A stretch of 64,000 nt of DNA, taken from NCBI GenBank assembly GCA_964016885.1, contig OZ024743.1, positions 348,192,001 to 348,256,000 on the forward strand, written 5' to 3'. The translations under genes and the position numbers were made by a program. This DNA is from Eledone cirrhosa (Eukaryota). The notes beneath the pieces are model-generated. The model did not search any database. It had not been told where the DNA came from and was given only the letters and a program-made list of their open reading frames with translations. Positions 58,931-64,000 of the stretch are shown piece after piece (position 1 is the stretch's first letter; each line of letters begins with the position of its first letter).

Positions 58931-60879
58931 GTGAGATAGTGAGAGAGAGAGATACAGAGGGTGAGATAGTGAGAGAGAGTGTGAGAGAGTGAGAGAGAGG
59001 GCGGGGGTGAAAAAGATATGGATGTGTGTGTGTGTGTCTTCCCTCACTCACAAAAACATAAACACCCATTATCCCAACAAGACGAATGTAGTTATATTTG
59101 TTCCATTAACATATCCGATAATGATCTAGAGAAACCAATCTGGACATAACTATATAAGAAAGAAAAGACTATATAAAGTTTATATGACGTTCAAAGATAA
59201 AACAATTTTCTATGCCTGTTTAGAGCTTTTTGACATCTTATAATTTAACTTTTCTATGAGACTGCCAATAGCTTACTCATTCTCTTCACAAACATGATAA
59301 CAGTAACAAACTTGATTACATGTAAAAGATACTTCCTTAGATCATTGTAGTAGAATGAATGAAGGAACCACCGATTTTGGCATGCTTTTAAACCTGCTCA
59401 AATTAACTGAGTAAGATCTAACCGACAGGCACGTAGTAATTTTAAAATCTGAACATAAGGTGTGCTCGTCGCACTATTTTTTTTTTATTTAACACTTTCA
59501 TATGTTCTTCCGTATTTTGAATTTATATTTGATAATTGAAAAAAAGAAGAGACGAAATTGCAGAACAAGTGTTTTTTCTTCAGTTCGGCTTACATAGCGT
59601 ATGGTTAATTAAATATTCAGAGAACCTACTCCAAATATGGGAGGTTTAACTCGCACAATACCACAGTGCTATAAAACTTTAATATAAATTTGACTTAAAC
59701 ATGACAAAGGGGGGAGCGCATATCAGTCATAAGCACCTCATCGTTTGACTAAATTGCTACAGAGCTATAATCCTTCTTCATCCAAACCACCATTCTCAAA
59801 CAGTGATGTTTCTGTTAGTCGAATCTTACCCATAGCAATTGGAAATATTTGAATCCTTAAATAGAATTTGCGATGACACAAGGCATTTTTTCTGATGCTC
59901 CAATAATTCTACAAATCAACACTGTTGGAATAGTAATTTATCATTTTGAACCAGAAAATTTGAAAGTTAAATTTGACTCCGGCAGAATTTGAATGCAGAG
60001 AATAGGGAGCTAAAACAAATACTATATTGTCGATCTGATGCTCGAACGACTCTGTTAATTCATTAAAAAGTCGGTTTAAATAGTGAACTGAGGTCCCTAA
60101 TAATATTATATGCCTTATAATCCAGCGTTAACCATTGCATAGAAACTGGCAGAGAGTTATGACAAACAATACCATCTGGCTCTCTTTGGCGTTTTATTTA
60201 AGATTTTCTGTCAGGGTTAACTCCGTTAGCACATCTATTTACAACATGTCTTAACCCCACAACACCCCTACAACTCTATATATAAACAAAATAAACCCAG
60301 TTAACAAGGGATGATATTTATCGCTATTGAAGATAGATGTGACTGTGGTATGGGTAAAACACCTCATTGTTATGCACTTAGAGGAGGATATAAGCCCTTT
60401 TACGACTCCTTTTTTTTCTTTACATCTACACATTCCATCATATACACACACATGCATGAACATACCCAAGCATACCCATAGACAGATGTAGTCTCATTCT
60501 CCGTCTATTCAGACACGCACAATACACTCACCCTACACAATTCAAAACAGACACTAAAACAACGGAAGTAGATAATCATATTTTCTCTCTGTCGCCCTTT
60601 TATCCATCTGCCTCTCCTGTTTACCATTTTCTTCAGTATTCGGTTTCCCGAAATACATACATATACACACATTCACACATATTCACATATATAGCAACCC
60701 AGATATTTGTGTGTGTATGTATATATGTATATATTTATAGTATATGTTTATAGTATATGTTTATAGTATATATCACAGGTCATCTGCTAATGGAAGAGAG
60801 TAGTGTCTGGGAAAGAAGGAACTGGTTCTGGTAAATGCAAAAATGACGGAAATGATGGTGAGAGTGGTCGTGATGTTGG

Positions 60880-61095
60880 TGTGATGATAGTGGTGATGAT
60901 GTTGATGATGATGGCGGTGATGGTTGTGATGATGATGATGGCGGTGATGGCTGTGATGATAGTGATGGTGATGATAATAATGTTGATGGTGGTGATGACG
61001 ATGACGATGATGATGATGATAGTGTTGGTGATGATAATGATGTTGATGATGGTGGTGATGACGATGACGATGATGATGATGTTGGTGCTGGTGTT
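60880..61095. repeat. Degenerate (GAT)n trinucleotide array
   Basis: Direct observation. Confidence 0.9.
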
Positions 61096-62451
61096 TTATT
61101 GCGGGACGGTTAGTGAAGAGATGTAGTAAAATGAAGAATTAAGAGCGAGGGGAGAGACAGAAAGAGAGTGAGTGTGTGTGTGTGTGTGTGTGTTTGAGAG
61201 AGAGGGAGAGAGAGAGAGGAGAGAAAGTGAGAAAGAGAGAGAGTGAGTGTGTGTGTGTGGTGTGTGTGAATGAGTGAGTGCAATAGAGCCAGCTGTGAAA
61301 GAATGGATCCACAACGGACATTAAATGTCTTAAAATAGTTTTCATATTTTGTTCCTTGTCACTCATTGCATACAAGTTATTCCAACCACTCCCTAACTTA
61401 TCCCACCCTTGTTAGTACTCATATACGGCCGCTGTATCCACAGCAAGGATTCTACACGTATTTTCATACACACACTATTGTCTTCATATATAAGTATGTA
61501 TGTGAGTATGTATGTACGTTATGTATTTGAGTATGTATGTACGTCTGTAGGCATATATGTATGTAAGTATGTATGTATGCATGTATGTAAGTATGTATGT
61601 ATTTGGCTGTATGTGTATGTGTGAGAGAGAGATTGCGAGGGAGGTTGTGTATAATTGTTCCCTCGCCTTCTTAAACAAAGAAACCAGCTGTTTCTTTACA
61701 GTTCTTAAACAACAAGTAAAACATTAAAGGCATCATCAAGATCTTTTCCAAAAATCTGTCATTTTCCTATGATTTTTTTTCTTTCTTTGCTCGTTAGCAA
61801 CTGTCGTATGATTTTAAAGAGTTTTTACTAGAAGTGGGAGAACCTGAACCAGTACTAGATATAACATTAATTGTATCTCAGCATTGAACGACAACAGTAA
61901 CTACTGGGATTCTATAATGTGTAGCTTCATGTGCTAAACATAGCAGCTAAATTTCGCTTCAGTAATAACACTCTATTATCTTAAAAACATAAAGACGCTT
62001 ATTACTGAACATATTTTTTAGTGACGGTGGACCTGGAAAATAACACGTCACAGCCTCTATAATCGATGCTACTTTTTAGTGGCAAAATAAGTCAAGAAGA
62101 GAGAGATCGCTATTGTGAAATCGTATATTCTGACGTTTCACAGGTACGTATGTAAACCCTTAAATTAGTTCTCATGAATATTCAACGTGGTACAGTGTTT
62201 CATACACATACACTGACATTTTTACTCTGAATGACCTGGAGTCACGGAAAGTGTAGCGTTTTACTCAAGGACACAACATGCTGCTGGTATTCAATCTAAC
62301 AATTTTGCGATCATGAGTTGAACAGCTCAACCACAAAATCACATGCCCTTAGCAGTGATTAGAATAACAGGGAGGGGGATTTATAAAGAATGGCTTGGGG
62401 TAATTGTCCCGGCAATCTGCAGTCTTAGATGAACTTAATATTTAATACTTT

Positions 62452-62635
62452 GGATTGGCAGTATCGGTAGAGGGTCGGACGCCATGCTTTGCAGCATAGT
62501 TACGGCCCTTTATGTTCTGAGTTCAAATCCCGCCGAGGTTAACTTTGCCTTTCATCCTTATGGGGTCGATAAAATAAAGTACCAGAAATGTACTGGGATA
62601 ATTGCTGGCCTTGTGCCAAAAGTAGAAACAATATT
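62452..62635 (+). mobile_element. tRNA-derived SINE, most complete copy
   Basis: A-box-like TGGCAGTATCGG, B-box GAGTTCAAATCC, core TTTGCCTTTCATCCTTATGGGGTCGATAAAATAAAGTACCAG, tail GGCCTTGTGCCAAAAGTAGAAAC. Confidence 0.85.
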
Positions 62636-62952
62636 TAATACTTCGGAGGAGTCAAGAAATAAAGTACCAGTCAATTGGTGGGGTCTAATTTTCCCCTTCT
62701 CCCTTTCTTCCTCCCACACACAGGCAAACATACTATGCCGGTAATTTTGTGTTATGAAGAAAATCATTACAAACTCCTCGCTGCATCTCATTAAGCAGAA
62801 ATGAAGAAGGGTTACATGAAAGGTCAGCCACATCTTATTTTCATAATAAAAAACTAAAATAGTTTAGAAAGAAACACACACACACACACACACACACACA
62901 TAAACCCACACACTCACACACTCACACACACACATATATTCATATTTATAAC

Positions 62953-63015
<63 letters not shown>

Positions 63016-63488
63016 GAAGTTCAGGAAAGATAAAAATAGTTATTGATAACGTTTTGACTAAATCCTTCCTCCGGAAATAGAGTGAAGAGATGCAATATGA
63101 AGAGAAAGTAAAGAAAATTGTTTAGGCAAATCGGCCACAAGCGGTGAGTTTGGCTACATACCAGCGGACTGTATAACAATAAAGTGACACGCACACATTT
63201 AAACTGAATGAAAGGAAACCATATACGGAACATTCGTATGTTTTACAGTTATTAACCGGAAGACATGATATCATCATATGGTTGGCATGGAAATAGACGA
63301 GCAGAGAATGTAAGCTGAATATAGCACACAAATAGATGCAAGACGCTCGCTTTTTCAAATAAATTAAAAAGTTATCTTGTACGGAATTCAGTACTCCTCC
63401 TGTTGATATGGATATCTTAATTCATGGTACTGACTCCTTGTAATTATATTCACTTAGTTCCTTATATAGATATATGCGAACATACATA

Positions 63489-63539
<51 letters not shown>

Positions 63540-63596
63540 GCATATACATACATCCATGCAAACATCCATATATATATATATATATGAATACTTGCA

Positions 63597-63632
<36 letters not shown>

Positions 63633-63917
63633 CATGAATACATGCTTACAGTGAGGAAAACATAAAGCCTGTCTTGAAACATCTCTATCAATGGCCTAAC
63701 TGTTTCACTTGTATCAGACGATAACTGCTACAAATACTCGGGGATAAATGGAAATAAATCCTATAATTATTTCGTAAAAAGTGAATATATCCGTGTAAAA
63801 AATGAATGTGGCCTTCCGAACTGTTTGTGCACAATCAATCAGTAGCTCACAATTTGTTTGCTGTGTCTGTGATATTACCAAAAAAAGAACTATTTTATTG
63901 GCAGCTAGTATCATTAA

Positions 63918-64000
63918 CTGTTACTACTTTTGGCACAAGGCCAGCAATTATCCCAGTGTATTATTGGTACTTTATTATATCGACCCCGTAAGGATGAAAG
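63918..64000 (-). mobile_element. tRNA-derived SINE, truncated by the window end
   Basis: TACTTTTGGCACAAGGCCAGCAATT...ATCGACCCCGTAAGGATGAAAG. Confidence 0.8.

Noticed and set aside
62452-62540. tRNA genes at B-box motifs
   Set aside because: No cloverleaf; these are SINE heads followed by a shared SINE core.

Overview
Eukaryotic, very AT-rich, microsatellite-saturated non-genic DNA. The repeat content resembles an octopus/coleoid cephalopod genome (inference from the SINE family and the (TA)n/(CA)n load). No host gene is supported, and most ORF-track entries are translated microsatellites. The window is a transposon patchwork. (i) Five R4/Dong-type RLE non-LTR retrotransposon copies are chained through (TAA)n repeats at 7.7-15.3 kb. 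(ii) A full-length Tx1/L1-clade LINE sits inside an (ATT)n array at 15.4-21.3 kb. (iii) There are four Penelope-like elements (PLEs) of Naiad type with C-terminal GIY-YIG domains; two have inverted pseudo-LTRs, one forming a ~9.5-kb inverted-repeat structure at 48.9-58.5 kb. (iv) About a dozen intact or degenerate type-I hammerhead ribozyme motifs occur, including a pair with an unusually long (~116-nt) stem II. (v) The rest is a non-autonomous Helitron carrying a 37-bp minisatellite, RTE fragments, many tRNA-derived SINEs and several unexplained palindromes. All calls come from reading motifs by eye; no searches were run.
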